This document shows, in pieces, positions 9,271-18,413 of a stretch of 64,000 bases of DNA. The notes below the pieces were generated by a model. It was not told the DNA's origin, searched no databases, and saw only the letters and a list, made by a program, of their open reading frames with translations. Source of the DNA: an uncultured Bdellovibrionales bacterium (lineage in GTDB: Bacteria > Patescibacteriota > Minisyncoccia > Moranbacterales > UBA1568); the NCBI GenBank assembly GCA_964384235.1, contig CAYLJX010000002.1:114660-178659 (forward strand), given 5' to 3'. Position numbers and translations under genes: made by a program. Within the stretch, counting starts at the first letter, position 1. Every line of letters begins with the position of its first letter.

Positions 9271-9477
9271 CGGGTATTCGGTCCCAGGGCCCGCCCGCAA
9301 CGATTCGCGTAGCGATTCGGGCAGGCAAGCCCTGGACTCAATCCCTCCGCGGCCAGCCTCGCCGGCTAGGCGGGCAAGCCGCGGGGTATTGAACCCGATT
9401 TTACCAGCGCTCCGCTCGGAAACGAAAGCAAGCCTTCGTTTCACTCGCTACACTTGGTAATAATCGCATCGCTTTCA

Positions 9478-10443
9478 ATGCAATCGCAATCTTCTTTACA
9501 TCGGAGGGAGAACAGAAGAAGAAAACCGTCGCTCGACATGGTGTCCGGCAGCGGAGTGTCTTCGCGGATGGTGATCCTTCCATCAGGGAAGCGACCGGTA
9601 CAACTGACCGTACCGACACGTCGCGGTCTGGACGGCGCCCACTCCAACCGGTCTTTTCTGGCTGATCTTAAGGGTCAGTCCCCGTGGGATTCCGTCCGTC
9701 GTCTGCGGCGCAAGGCGGAACTTTTTTTCCGACGGACACGGCGGGCGCTTCGGCGGATCACCCCGGATCTCGCCCCTAAAAGGGCACTCTACGCCTCGCT
9801 CATGGGCGGTGTCGCGTTCGGTATCGTCTCCATGGCGTTCATCGAACATTTTTTCGGACCAGGCGTCTTTGCCCGCTCGGGGGAACCGGTCCAGTCTCAG
9901 GCAGTGGAGACGACAGCGGTCGTTCCGGAGACCTCTGTCGTCGCGGATGCGGAGGTCGGGAAAGTTCCGTACGACGGCGAGAGTGATATTTTCCTTGAGT
10001 ATTTCGATGAGGCGGCCAAGGAGGAGTACGAGGACAACATCCGCCGGATCGTGAAGGGCTATCCGATCGAATCGATGCTCCCGTATATCTTCGAGAAGGA
10101 TCGGATCGTCGCCGCTTTCCTCATCGGTATCGCCAAGAAGGAGAGCAACTGGGGCAAGCGCGTGCCGGTCCTCGACGGTCAGGACTGCTTCAATTACTGG
10201 GGGTACCGGGGAGTGCGTCGCATGATGGGAACGGGCGGACACACCTGTTTCAACAGCCGAAAGGATGCCGTGGATACGGTCGCCAAGCGTATCGAGAAGT
10301 TGGTCTATTCGGAGAAGCTCAATACGCCCGAAAAGCTCATCGTGTGGAAATGCGGATTCAGCTGTGCCGGCCACAGCCGGGAGAGCGTCAAGAAATGGAT
10401 CAGTGATGTTGATATGTATTACGAACAGTTGAAGGAAGAATAA
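9478..10443 (+). CDS. membrane-anchored hypothetical protein, paralog A, with a conserved Cys-containing C-terminal domain (possibly a divergent GH73/lysozyme-like fold)
   Basis: TM helix followed by a C-terminal domain of about 150 aa: GYPIESM...IGIAKKESNWGKRVP...DCFNYWGYRG...VWKCGFSCAGHSRESVKKWISDV. This domain is shared with the next gene. First ATG at 9478 (the track ORF starts at a TTG at 9454). Confidence 0.55.
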   Translation: MQSQSSLHRRENRRRKPSLDMVSGSGVSSRMVILPSGKRPVQLTVPTRRGLDGAHSNRSFLADLKGQSPWDSVRRLRRKAELFFRRTRRALRRITPDLAPKRALYASLMGGVAFGIVSMAFIEHFFGPGVFARSGEPVQSQAVETTAVVPETSVVADAEVGKVPYDGESDIFLEYFDEAAKEEYEDNIRRIVKGYPIESMLPYIFEKDRIVAAFLIGIAKKESNWGKRVPVLDGQDCFNYWGYRGVRRMMGTGGHTCFNSRKDAVDTVAKRIEKLVYSEKLNTPEKLIVWKCGFSCAGHSRESVKKWISDVDMYYEQLKEE

Positions 10444-10584
10444 GAGTTTTTGTTTTTTGGTACATTCCCTAAGAAAAGGGAAAATTGAAAAAAGTAAGAG
10501 AATAATATTGCTTTAATAAGCCATTTTTCGTGAGAAAAGAGGCTTTTTTGTTGACGGGAAGGCGGAAATCTGGTATCCTCGGAA

Positions 10585-11400
10585 ATGCACCCTATGGATG
10601 CAAACGACGATAAGGGTAACTTGGGAGGGTACCTGTCACAACTGAAAAGATCGGTTTCAAAGCTGCTCGCACAATCGGGAAGAGACGTCTTCCTTTACGG
10701 CGTGGCGGCTTTTTTCGTTGGGACCGGAACATTGGGAAATTTGCCACCTATAGCCCTTTCCAAGGCTGATCAGGGTCAGGAAACCGCCTTAAAACAGGAC
10801 CAACCGGCGTCTTCGCTCAGTACGGAAGAAGAACTGTGTCTGTGGAAACGGGATCTGGCGTTCTTTTCCCGTCTGGGAGAAGAGGATCTTTACCGGCCGG
10901 AAACGGTCGATTGCAGCCAGGATACGGATCAGGAGGAAAAAGAAGGGGGAAACGCTCTTTCTTCGGAAGAGAAGGATGCGGCAAGTCTGATCGACGGTCT
11001 GGTCGCCGGCTATCCTATCGAGGCCATGACGGATTCGATCGCGAAGTATGACCGTGATATCGCCGGTCTCATCATCGGCATCGCCAAGAAGGAGAGCAAC
11101 TGGGGCAAGCGCGTGCCGCGAGCTTCAGACGGGAGCGACTGTTTCAACTATTGGGGGTACAAGGGTGCGGGGAGCCGCGGGATCGCCATGGGACACGGCT
11201 GTTTCGGCAGTCCCGAGGAAGCGGTCCAGGCCGTCGGGAACCGTCTGACGGAACTCGTCGCGAAACGAAACGCTGATAGCGATCCGAAGAACATGATCGT
11301 CTGGAAGTGCGGATCAAGCTGTGCCGGTCACAGTCCTGAGAGCGTCAAGAAATGGATCAGTGACGTGGAACAATACTATCGTCAGATCGCCAGGAATTGA
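10585..11400 (+). CDS. membrane-anchored hypothetical protein, paralog B of the upstream gene
   Basis: Same C-terminal domain. A 38-nt block atcgccaagaaggagagcaactggggcaagcgcgtgcc is identical in both genes. Confidence 0.55.
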   Translation: MHPMDANDDKGNLGGYLSQLKRSVSKLLAQSGRDVFLYGVAAFFVGTGTLGNLPPIALSKADQGQETALKQDQPASSLSTEEELCLWKRDLAFFSRLGEEDLYRPETVDCSQDTDQEEKEGGNALSSEEKDAASLIDGLVAGYPIEAMTDSIAKYDRDIAGLIIGIAKKESNWGKRVPRASDGSDCFNYWGYKGAGSRGIAMGHGCFGSPEEAVQAVGNRLTELVAKRNADSDPKNMIVWKCGSSCAGHSPESVKKWISDVEQYYRQIARN

Positions 11401-11507
11401 TCGTGATCGATCCAGTTTGGATTTTCGAGGCCGCTCCTGTTCAGGGAGCGGCTTTTTGTTTGGAGTTACGGTATAATATAATAGAATCGTAACTTTTTTC
11501 TTTCGGT

Positions 11508-12443
11508 ATGCTCTGGATACCCGTGGCGCTTCTCGGATACTTTTTTAATGCGGTATCCGCCTTGTTTGACAAATACCTTCTCTCCGATCGGATCCCGACG
11601 CCTTCGGTGTACGCCTTTTTCGTCTCGATCTTCAGTCTGTTCGCATTCCCTTTCGTCTTTTTCGGTTTCCAGTTTTTCGATTGGGAATCGACGATGCTGT
11701 TTCTTCTCTCGGGGGCGCTCTTTCTGTACGGATTGGTCGCGTTTTATGCGGCCGTGAAGCGTCATGAGATCTCCCGTATCGCCCCGTTGGTCGGGGTAGT
11801 CATCTCTTTGGTGGCTCTTCTCTCGGCATCGGTCCCGGCCCTTCCTGAGACGGGGTCGGCGGATTCGATCCAGATGCTCTCGCTCGTTCTGCTCATCGCC
11901 GGCGGATTCCTCATCGCCTTTGATCTGCCGTTCCGTCCCGGTGAACGCATCCCGGTCTATGTACTGGTAGCCGGAGTGCTCATGGCAGTCTCCCTCATCC
12001 TTCTCAAGATCGGATACGCGCAAGCGAATTTCATAAGCGGTCTCGTCTGGTCCCGCCTCGGGATATTCGTGGCAGGCATGAGTCTCTTGCTGGTCCCGGT
12101 GTTCCGGCGAGAGATTCTCTCCGCATGTCGGAAGACGTCGGAGAAACCCCGGGCGAGCGCCGGTACCGGCCTCTGGTTCGTCGTCAACAAGACCTGTGCC
12201 GGTGTCGCGTCGTTTCTCATAAGTTACGCGACGTTCCTGGGTCCGGTCACGTTCGTCCAGGCTCTTTCCGGCATGCAGTATGTGTTTCTCCTGGCGCTCG
12301 CGCTCCCGCTCTCCTTCCGGTTTCCCCGCGTGTTCGACGAGAAGCTCTTCTTCTGGGATTGGTTTCAGAAAGTCATCGCCATCCTCCTGATCGCGTTCGG
12401 TCTCTGGCTTGCCGCGACGAACGGGGTAAAACTCTTGATTTAA
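11508..12443 (+). CDS. polytopic integral membrane protein (DMT/EamA-like, uncertain)
   Basis: About 10 predicted TM helices, no soluble domain. TATAAT at about 11472-11477 upstream. Confidence 0.45.
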   Translation: MLWIPVALLGYFFNAVSALFDKYLLSDRIPTPSVYAFFVSIFSLFAFPFVFFGFQFFDWESTMLFLLSGALFLYGLVAFYAAVKRHEISRIAPLVGVVISLVALLSASVPALPETGSADSIQMLSLVLLIAGGFLIAFDLPFRPGERIPVYVLVAGVLMAVSLILLKIGYAQANFISGLVWSRLGIFVAGMSLLLVPVFRREILSACRKTSEKPRASAGTGLWFVVNKTCAGVASFLISYATFLGPVTFVQALSGMQYVFLLALALPLSFRFPRVFDEKLFFWDWFQKVIAILLIAFGLWLAATNGVKLLI

Positions 12444-12468
12444 GAAGATATGTCTAGCCTAATAAATT

Positions 12469-12616
12469 CTCTCCAGGCAAAGTCTTCCTTTTCGGAGTCG
12501 CTCGCCCGTCCGGCGTACGGGCTCCCTCCTGAAGCTCCTTCGCTCTCCTCCTTGCCAGTCGGAACCATGCCCGCTTTCGGATCTTCAAGACTCCGAAAAG
12601 GAATCTTTGCCTTTCG
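12469..12616 (+). repeat. structured inverted-repeat element, copy 1 (arms about 23 bp, conserved core hairpin)
   Basis: Arms ggcaaagtcttccttttcggagtc ... gactccgaaaaggaatctttgcc. Core has gaggagcgaaggagcttcaggag and hairpin gcccgt-ccggcgt-acgggc. A second copy lies in inverse orientation at about 51291-51440. Confidence 0.6.
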
Positions 12617-12636
12617 TTCATTCCTTATATAAAAAC

Positions 12637-13644
12637 ATGCACCCAGATTGGAAATATCTCTTCAGGATTCTCTACTTTTCGGTATTGTCCGTGCTGTTCG
12701 TCGTGTTTGTGGTGTTCGCGTATTTCAACCTTTCCGGACCGGCACCGCGTGAGGATGCGAAACTTGGCGTCACGTTCTCATCGCGCTACGCCACCGACCT
12801 CGGTCTCGATTGGCACGAGACCTATCTCGCGCTTCTCGATGATATGGGCGTGAAAAAGCTCCGCATCCCGGTGTATTGGGATCTGGTGGAAAAGAATCCG
12901 GGCGAATATGACTATGCCGATGTCGATTGGCAGCTCGATGAGGCGGCGAAACGTCATGCCGATGTGATCCTTTCTATCGGTCAGCGGGTGCCGCGTTGGC
13001 CGGAATGCCATATTCCGCAGTGGGCCATGTCCGATACGGCCATCCGGCAGCAGGCGCTGCTTCGGCACCTGGAGAGAACCGTGGAGCGCTACAGAGACCG
13101 CGGCGAGATCGTCACGTGGCAGGTCGAGAACGAACCGTTCCTGACGTTCTTCGGCGAGTGTCCTCCGCTCCAAAAGGAATTCCTCGAACAGGAAGTGGCG
13201 CTGGTGAAAAATCTCGATACGCGACCGGTGCTCCTCACGGACAGCGGGGAATTGTCGCTGTGGTTCCGGGCGGCCAAGCGAGGCGACGTCTTCGGGACGA
13301 CCATGTACCGGCATATCTACAAGGACGGCATCGGATATTTCACCTATCCCGTGGGACCCAATTTTTTCCTGTTCAAGGAATGGCTGACGCGACTCCTCAC
13401 CGATCAGGAACATTTCCTCGTCATCGAGTTGCAGGCGGAACCGTGGGCCAACGGATGGGTAGGAACCCTGCCGCTTGAGGAGCAATTCCGGACGATGGAC
13501 GAGAAAAAACTTCAGGAGAATGTGGAGTACGCGAAGCGCGTCGGCTTCCCGGAGATCTATCTCTGGGGCGGGGAGTGGTGGTATTTTCTCAAGACAAAAA
13601 AAGACTATCCGGCCGTGTGGGAGACCGCGAAAGAACTGTTTTAG
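12637..13644 (+). CDS. membrane-anchored glycoside hydrolase, clan GH-A (GH42/GH35/GH5-like TIM barrel)
   Basis: N-terminal TM helix. WDLVEKNPGEYDY...DWQLDEA and a putative acid/base motif WQVENEP. ATG at 12637, downstream of the repeat element. Confidence 0.5.
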   Translation: MHPDWKYLFRILYFSVLSVLFVVFVVFAYFNLSGPAPREDAKLGVTFSSRYATDLGLDWHETYLALLDDMGVKKLRIPVYWDLVEKNPGEYDYADVDWQLDEAAKRHADVILSIGQRVPRWPECHIPQWAMSDTAIRQQALLRHLERTVERYRDRGEIVTWQVENEPFLTFFGECPPLQKEFLEQEVALVKNLDTRPVLLTDSGELSLWFRAAKRGDVFGTTMYRHIYKDGIGYFTYPVGPNFFLFKEWLTRLLTDQEHFLVIELQAEPWANGWVGTLPLEEQFRTMDEKKLQENVEYAKRVGFPEIYLWGGEWWYFLKTKKDYPAVWETAKELF

Positions 13645-13648
13645 GATC

Positions 13649-14191
13649 ATGAGTCAGGAATTACGGATCAGGAATGACAGGGAGAAGAGAGATCAGGACC
13701 GGCTGGTGTTGATCGTCCACAATGTCCGAAGCGCCCACAACGTCGGGGCGCTCTTTCGGACGGCGGACGGAGCGGGGGTGCGGAGGATATTCCTCACCGG
13801 GTACACGCCGACACCACCGAAAAAGAACGCACCCTACCTGACCTCGGCTGAAAAGTCTTTCAAAAAGACGGCTCTGGGTGCGGAAGAGGGGATTTCGTGG
13901 AAGAAACAAGCGACGCTCAAGCCGATAGTGGATAGGTTGAGAGCGGAAGGGTTCCGGATCATAGCTTTGGAACAGACAGCCGGGAGTGTCGGATACGATA
14001 CTTTCCCGTATCCCGAACGGGTGGCGCTCGTTGTCGGCAACGAGCCGAACGGTATCGATACCAGGATCCTCAGGCAGTGCGACAGTATCGTGGAAATCCC
14101 GATGCGCGGTATCAAGAATTCCCTCAATGTCGCGGTGGCAGCCGGCGTTGCTCTCTACCGGATTCGGAGTACAATGGAAGAAAAGGGCTAA
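13649..14191 (+). CDS. SpoU/TrmH-family RNA 2'-O-methyltransferase
   Basis: LIVHNVRSAHNVGALFRTADGAGV, ...VVGNEPNGI..., IPMRGIKNSLNVAVAAGVALY (SPOUT knot motifs). Confidence 0.7.
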   Translation: MSQELRIRNDREKRDQDRLVLIVHNVRSAHNVGALFRTADGAGVRRIFLTGYTPTPPKKNAPYLTSAEKSFKKTALGAEEGISWKKQATLKPIVDRLRAEGFRIIALEQTAGSVGYDTFPYPERVALVVGNEPNGIDTRILRQCDSIVEIPMRGIKNSLNVAVAAGVALYRIRSTMEEKG

Positions 14192-14208
14192 AACCAACAC
14201 ATAACCGT

Positions 14209-15558
14209 ATGTCTGTCCGAAGAAGCCGTCTTTCGAGGTCCGAGAAGGAGGTCTTTTTGTTTCTTTTGTTCGTGCTGAGCGCCTTTGTCGGGCTTCGGGC
14301 GGTCCTCGGGGAATCGACCACTTCGACCACTACCTCCACCTCGTCCTCGGGCGAGACGGTCTCTTCGACGAGTACGTCTACAGCCACCTCGACATCGACT
14401 TCTTCCGGAGGAACGGCGACTACAACCACGTCTTCGACGACCTCTTCCGTTTCGGGAACGAATATCACCGTGCCGTTGTCGACATCGCTTTCTTCTCCCA
14501 CGCTTTCCATTCCTACGGTCACCTCGGAGACGTTGCTGAAGCAGCTGGAGGAATCGGGACTTAGCGGAACGGACTCCTCGCTCTCTTCCACTCCGACACC
14601 TTCCGCATCCACTCCGACGATTTCTCCAACTACAACCACTTCTCCGACCTACCAACCGACGACAGTGACCTCCCCGACCTATCAGCAGACACAGACACTG
14701 CCGACGTATCCGACAAATACCGTGTCCGGTCAGTATATGCTCACCCAGCCGGTCGTCGGAACCGAACCGCTTCCGAGACGGCAGGAATGGGAAGGTAGTC
14801 CTCTTTCGGAAATCGAGAAAATACGGAATGCCAAGGAAGCGGAGCAGATATCGAAACCGCTTTCAATCATAGACCGGGCCCGTTTCGAGAATTCCGAGGA
14901 GGACACGGATCATGACGCGATTCCCGACGTCGAGGAGATGCGTCTCGGGACCGACCCGCGTTCAGCGGACACCGATCGTGACGGATATGTCGACGGTGCG
15001 GAGGTCTTCGGTGGATACGACCCCAAGGTTTTTTCTCCGGGCGACGGGCGCGACAAGGTCGTTTTCGAATCCGTGAAGGAGAAAAAGGATGCGGCGCCCC
15101 GCACCGACAGGCAATATACGGTACAGGCAGTGGAGCATGCCGTCTCGACGACGGACCCGACGAAGAGCGTGATACGTCTCTCGGGGAAAGGCGCGCCGAA
15201 CCGCCTGATCACGCTCTATATCTACAGCGATCCGATCATCGTGACGGTCAAGACGGATGCCGAAGGCAACTGGGTCTACGATCTCGACAAAGAACTACCG
15301 GATGGGGACCACGAGGTCTATGTCGCGGTGACGGACAATGTCGGGAAAGTGGCTGCCGTGAGCGAACCGCTTCCCTTCGTCAAGACGGCTCAGGCGGTCA
15401 CGGTGAAACCGACGTCGGCCATGCAGGCGAAACAGAATGTCTCGCCGCTGGAGCGTTCGCGGGCCCGGTTCATCCTGGTCGGTGTCGTCGTGACGCTCAC
15501 GTTCCTGGGGCTGGCGATCGTGTTCATCGGCCGCCGTTCATCCCTTTTCACGCGCTAG
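14209..15558 (+). CDS. Ser/Thr-rich surface protein with thrombospondin-type-3-like Ca-binding DxDxDG motifs and a C-terminal TM anchor
   Basis: Signal/TM at the N-terminus, about 150 aa of S/T/P low complexity, DTDHDAIPDVEEMRLGTDPRSADTDRDGYVDGAEV, and a C-terminal hydrophobic helix before the stop. Confidence 0.5.
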   Translation: MSVRRSRLSRSEKEVFLFLLFVLSAFVGLRAVLGESTTSTTTSTSSSGETVSSTSTSTATSTSTSSGGTATTTTSSTTSSVSGTNITVPLSTSLSSPTLSIPTVTSETLLKQLEESGLSGTDSSLSSTPTPSASTPTISPTTTTSPTYQPTTVTSPTYQQTQTLPTYPTNTVSGQYMLTQPVVGTEPLPRRQEWEGSPLSEIEKIRNAKEAEQISKPLSIIDRARFENSEEDTDHDAIPDVEEMRLGTDPRSADTDRDGYVDGAEVFGGYDPKVFSPGDGRDKVVFESVKEKKDAAPRTDRQYTVQAVEHAVSTTDPTKSVIRLSGKGAPNRLITLYIYSDPIIVTVKTDAEGNWVYDLDKELPDGDHEVYVAVTDNVGKVAAVSEPLPFVKTAQAVTVKPTSAMQAKQNVSPLERSRARFILVGVVVTLTFLGLAIVFIGRRSSLFTR

Positions 15559-15561
15559 GCC

Positions 15562-16920
15562 ATGGTCACGGAGGCGTTCAACAGAGGCATCGAATTCACC
15601 AGGAAGAATCCGACGATTCTTTACTCGCTTTTTTTGATCGTCGCCATCACGGGGGCGCTCTTTTTCAACAGCTACTATTCGCTCCAGAAATTTCAGCTGA
15701 CCGCCGACGCCCTTCTCAAGAGCAAGGCGATCCTGGCTGAGAACGTTTTCCGGGTCGTCGGAGAGGATCTCTTCGCTCAAGTCTCCCGGTTGCAGGAAAA
15801 GCTCGATCGGGTGAAGGAGGAGAACGGCGATGTGACGGAGATCACCGTCTTCGTCCGGGAGTCGGAGAGCGCGTCGTTTCGGGTCGCGGCTTCCACCGAT
15901 CATGAGGGCGTAGGGGAGATGGCCGACGAGACGGCTTTGCCTTACCTCATCGCCTGGCAGGACGCCCGCGTCGTCTCGGCTTTTTTGACGAACGATGACG
16001 ATCGGCGGTACTGGAACGTGGTGAAAAAGGTGACGGATCTGGAAGGGCGGGCCTTGGGGTTGGTGCTGTTTCAGTTGTCCCTGGAAGAGCACGATGCCTT
16101 CGTCGAGAAGGCGATCGATCAGGTGTATCTGGTCGCGATCCTCTCTCTCCTCTTCGTACTCCTGCTTCTGGGAAACCACCTGCGTTTTTTCCGCTATGCC
16201 CTGCGGGCGGCCAAACTGGAAGAGGTGGACCGGATGAAAGACGACTTCATTTCCATGGCGAGCCATGAGCTGAAGACCCCGCTCACCGTGCTTCGCGGCT
16301 ACATCGACCTCCTCCGCAACCAGCCGGAATCGCCGACACCTGAAGCGAAAAAGGAAGTGAAAGGCTATCTGGAAAACATGGACGAATCCATCGGCCGCCT
16401 GAACGTCCTCGTGGAAGACATCCTCAATGTCTCCCGTCTGGAACAGAACCGTCTCCCGATCGTCCTGGAGACGCTCGACCTTTCTCCGATGCTCGGGAAG
16501 CTTTCGCATGAGTTCTCCCTGGTCGCAACGGGGAAATCGCTCGCTTTCGTCTATGAGCCGGTGCCGGTTTCTCCGGTATCGGCCGATCCGGAACGGGTCA
16601 AGCAGATACTCGTGAACCTCCTCGGGAACGCCGTCAAGTATACGATCAAGGGGAAGGTGGAAATGAGCGTCAAGGAAACGGACGAGGAAGTAGTGATCGT
16701 GGTGGCGGACACGGGACTCGGTATCTCTGCGCGGAATATGGAGCATCTGTTCTCGAAGTTCTATCGGGTGAAGACGGCGGATACGGAAAAGATTTCCGGA
16801 ACAGGTCTCGGACTCTGGATTTCCCGGGAGATTGCGCGTAAAATGGGAGGAGACATCACGGTCGAGAGCATCGAGGGCGTCGGGTCACATTTCAGCCTGC
16901 ATCTCAAGAAAAGTTCATAA
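15562..16920 (+). CDS. sensor histidine kinase (no response regulator found in this window)
   Basis: H-box MASHELKTPLTVLRGY. N, G1, G2 boxes: GNAVKYT, DTGLGI, GTGLGLWISREIARKMGG. Two N-terminal TM helices. Confidence 0.8.
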   Translation: MVTEAFNRGIEFTRKNPTILYSLFLIVAITGALFFNSYYSLQKFQLTADALLKSKAILAENVFRVVGEDLFAQVSRLQEKLDRVKEENGDVTEITVFVRESESASFRVAASTDHEGVGEMADETALPYLIAWQDARVVSAFLTNDDDRRYWNVVKKVTDLEGRALGLVLFQLSLEEHDAFVEKAIDQVYLVAILSLLFVLLLLGNHLRFFRYALRAAKLEEVDRMKDDFISMASHELKTPLTVLRGYIDLLRNQPESPTPEAKKEVKGYLENMDESIGRLNVLVEDILNVSRLEQNRLPIVLETLDLSPMLGKLSHEFSLVATGKSLAFVYEPVPVSPVSADPERVKQILVNLLGNAVKYTIKGKVEMSVKETDEEVVIVVADTGLGISARNMEHLFSKFYRVKTADTEKISGTGLGLWISREIARKMGGDITVESIEGVGSHFSLHLKKSS

Positions 16921-16965
16921 AGTCCATCAAGTTTGTAAAGTCCGTAAAGTTTTTTCAGGAAAGAA

Positions 16966-17733
16966 ATGAAAACGAAAAAGAACAACAAAATCGCCATTTT
17001 CGATATCGATGGGACGATCTTCCGCAAAAACCTCCACTTCGAGCTCATCAACGAGCTTGCCTGGCTCAAGGTCTTTCCGAACGAGGTGCGCAATACCCTG
17101 ACGGAGGTATACACGAACTGGATCGAACACGAGGGGACCTACGAGGATTACCGCAAGGCGCTCATCAACCTCTACGCGGAGCATATCAGGGGATGCTCCA
17201 AGGAAGACGTGCTCCGGGCGAGCAAGATCCTCATCCCGTTCCATGCCAAGCGTACCTACATCTTCGCCGAGAAACTTATCGGGAAACTCCGTGACGAGGG
17301 GTATCACCTGATTGCTGTCTCCGGATCGCCCATAGAGGTGGTCGAGGAATACAACAGTCATTATCTGAAATTCGATCACGTGTTCGGGAGTATTTACGGG
17401 TTGGATGGCGAGGACCGTTATACGGGTGAGGCGATTTTTGAGCCGTCCAAGAATAAGGGTGACCTAGTAAAACAGTATGTCTACGAGCACGAATTTTCTC
17501 TCAAAGGATCGTATGGTATCGGGGATACCGAATCCGACATTAGTTTTCTCAAGCTGGTAGAGTATCCGATCGCGTTTAATCCTAACCAGAACCTCAAGGA
17601 GGCAGCGGAAAAGGAGGGTTGGAGAATCATCGTGGAGAAAAAGGATGTCGTGTATGAGATTGACCCATCAAAGAAATCAGGAGGTGCTTTAATTGCGATG
17701 AAACCAAGGAAAACAAAGCAGGTCAATAAGTAA
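16966..17733 (+). CDS. HAD-superfamily hydrolase, subfamily IB (phosphoserine-phosphatase-like)
   Basis: Motif I FDIDGTI, motif II AVSGSP, motif IV GIGDTESD. Confidence 0.65.
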   Translation: MKTKKNNKIAIFDIDGTIFRKNLHFELINELAWLKVFPNEVRNTLTEVYTNWIEHEGTYEDYRKALINLYAEHIRGCSKEDVLRASKILIPFHAKRTYIFAEKLIGKLRDEGYHLIAVSGSPIEVVEEYNSHYLKFDHVFGSIYGLDGEDRYTGEAIFEPSKNKGDLVKQYVYEHEFSLKGSYGIGDTESDISFLKLVEYPIAFNPNQNLKEAAEKEGWRIIVEKKDVVYEIDPSKKSGGALIAMKPRKTKQVNK

Positions 17734-17867
17734 TCATATTTTTTATGAACCTCAATAGCGATATAGATACTTTTGTTCGGAAAACACTCTGGATCTGGTT
17801 GCCATTTTACGCGTTTTTTGAATTAATTCGTGCTGCCGGTGATCGGTTTCGCAAATAGGGGTGGCGT

Positions 17868-18338
17868 ATGGAAGATAAACGTTTTTTCGTAATTTTTTTC
17901 CGTGGCCTGGCACTTCTCTTGTGGATGGGGGTTATTTTTTTGTTTTCGTCGATGCCAGGGAGCGGCGTCATGGAAGAACCGTCATTTGCCTACTATCTTG
18001 AACGCAAGGGAGCGCATGTGATTGAATATCTGGTACTGATGCTCTTGGCTATCCGATGTGCCATAAGCCTTTTCCCGGGAGAGCTATTTTCAAGGATTTT
18101 GATGCTTTCGGGCGTATTTTCGCTTGCTTACGCAGTGACTGATGAATTGCACCAATTCTTCATTCCTTTTCGTGGCGCGAAAATGAGCGACGTAGGATTT
18201 GATTTTCTGGGAATTATCCTTATGGGAATGCTCATGAAGCTTGCATGCGATCCCGCTCGTTCACGCCCGAGGCGGACTTCCGAGCCGAGTCTTGGTAAAC
18301 GGTGCGCATGTCGTGAGCGGCTTCGGTCGCTGCGTTAA
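17868..18338 (+). CDS. VanZ-like family membrane protein
   Basis: 4 TM helices. TDELHQFFIPFRGAKMSDVGFDFLG matches the VanZ DExHQ...R...D...D..G pattern. Confidence 0.5.
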   Translation: MEDKRFFVIFFRGLALLLWMGVIFLFSSMPGSGVMEEPSFAYYLERKGAHVIEYLVLMLLAIRCAISLFPGELFSRILMLSGVFSLAYAVTDELHQFFIPFRGAKMSDVGFDFLGIILMGMLMKLACDPARSRPRRTSEPSLGKRCACRERLRSLR

Positions 18339-18413
18339 GTTAACAGGACGGCGTATTGCTTGTCTGTTGCATGTGGTATTGGTATACTATAAAAAAGAAA
18401 ACAAACACACGGT

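Noticed and set aside
9271-9453. RNase P RNA or SRP RNA in the GC-rich spacer.
   Set aside because: No P4-like AGGAAAGUCCGG or SRP domain-IV motifs were found. Kept only as an unassigned structured leader.
12450-12632. Small ORFs 12450..12632(+) and 51140..51340(-) sharing the peptide MPAFGSSRLRKGIFAFR.
   Set aside because: The shared peptide falls exactly on the terminal inverted-repeat arm of the structured repeat element. Conservation is nucleotide-level and symmetrical, and the compensatory stem changes argue for RNA or DNA structure rather than coding.
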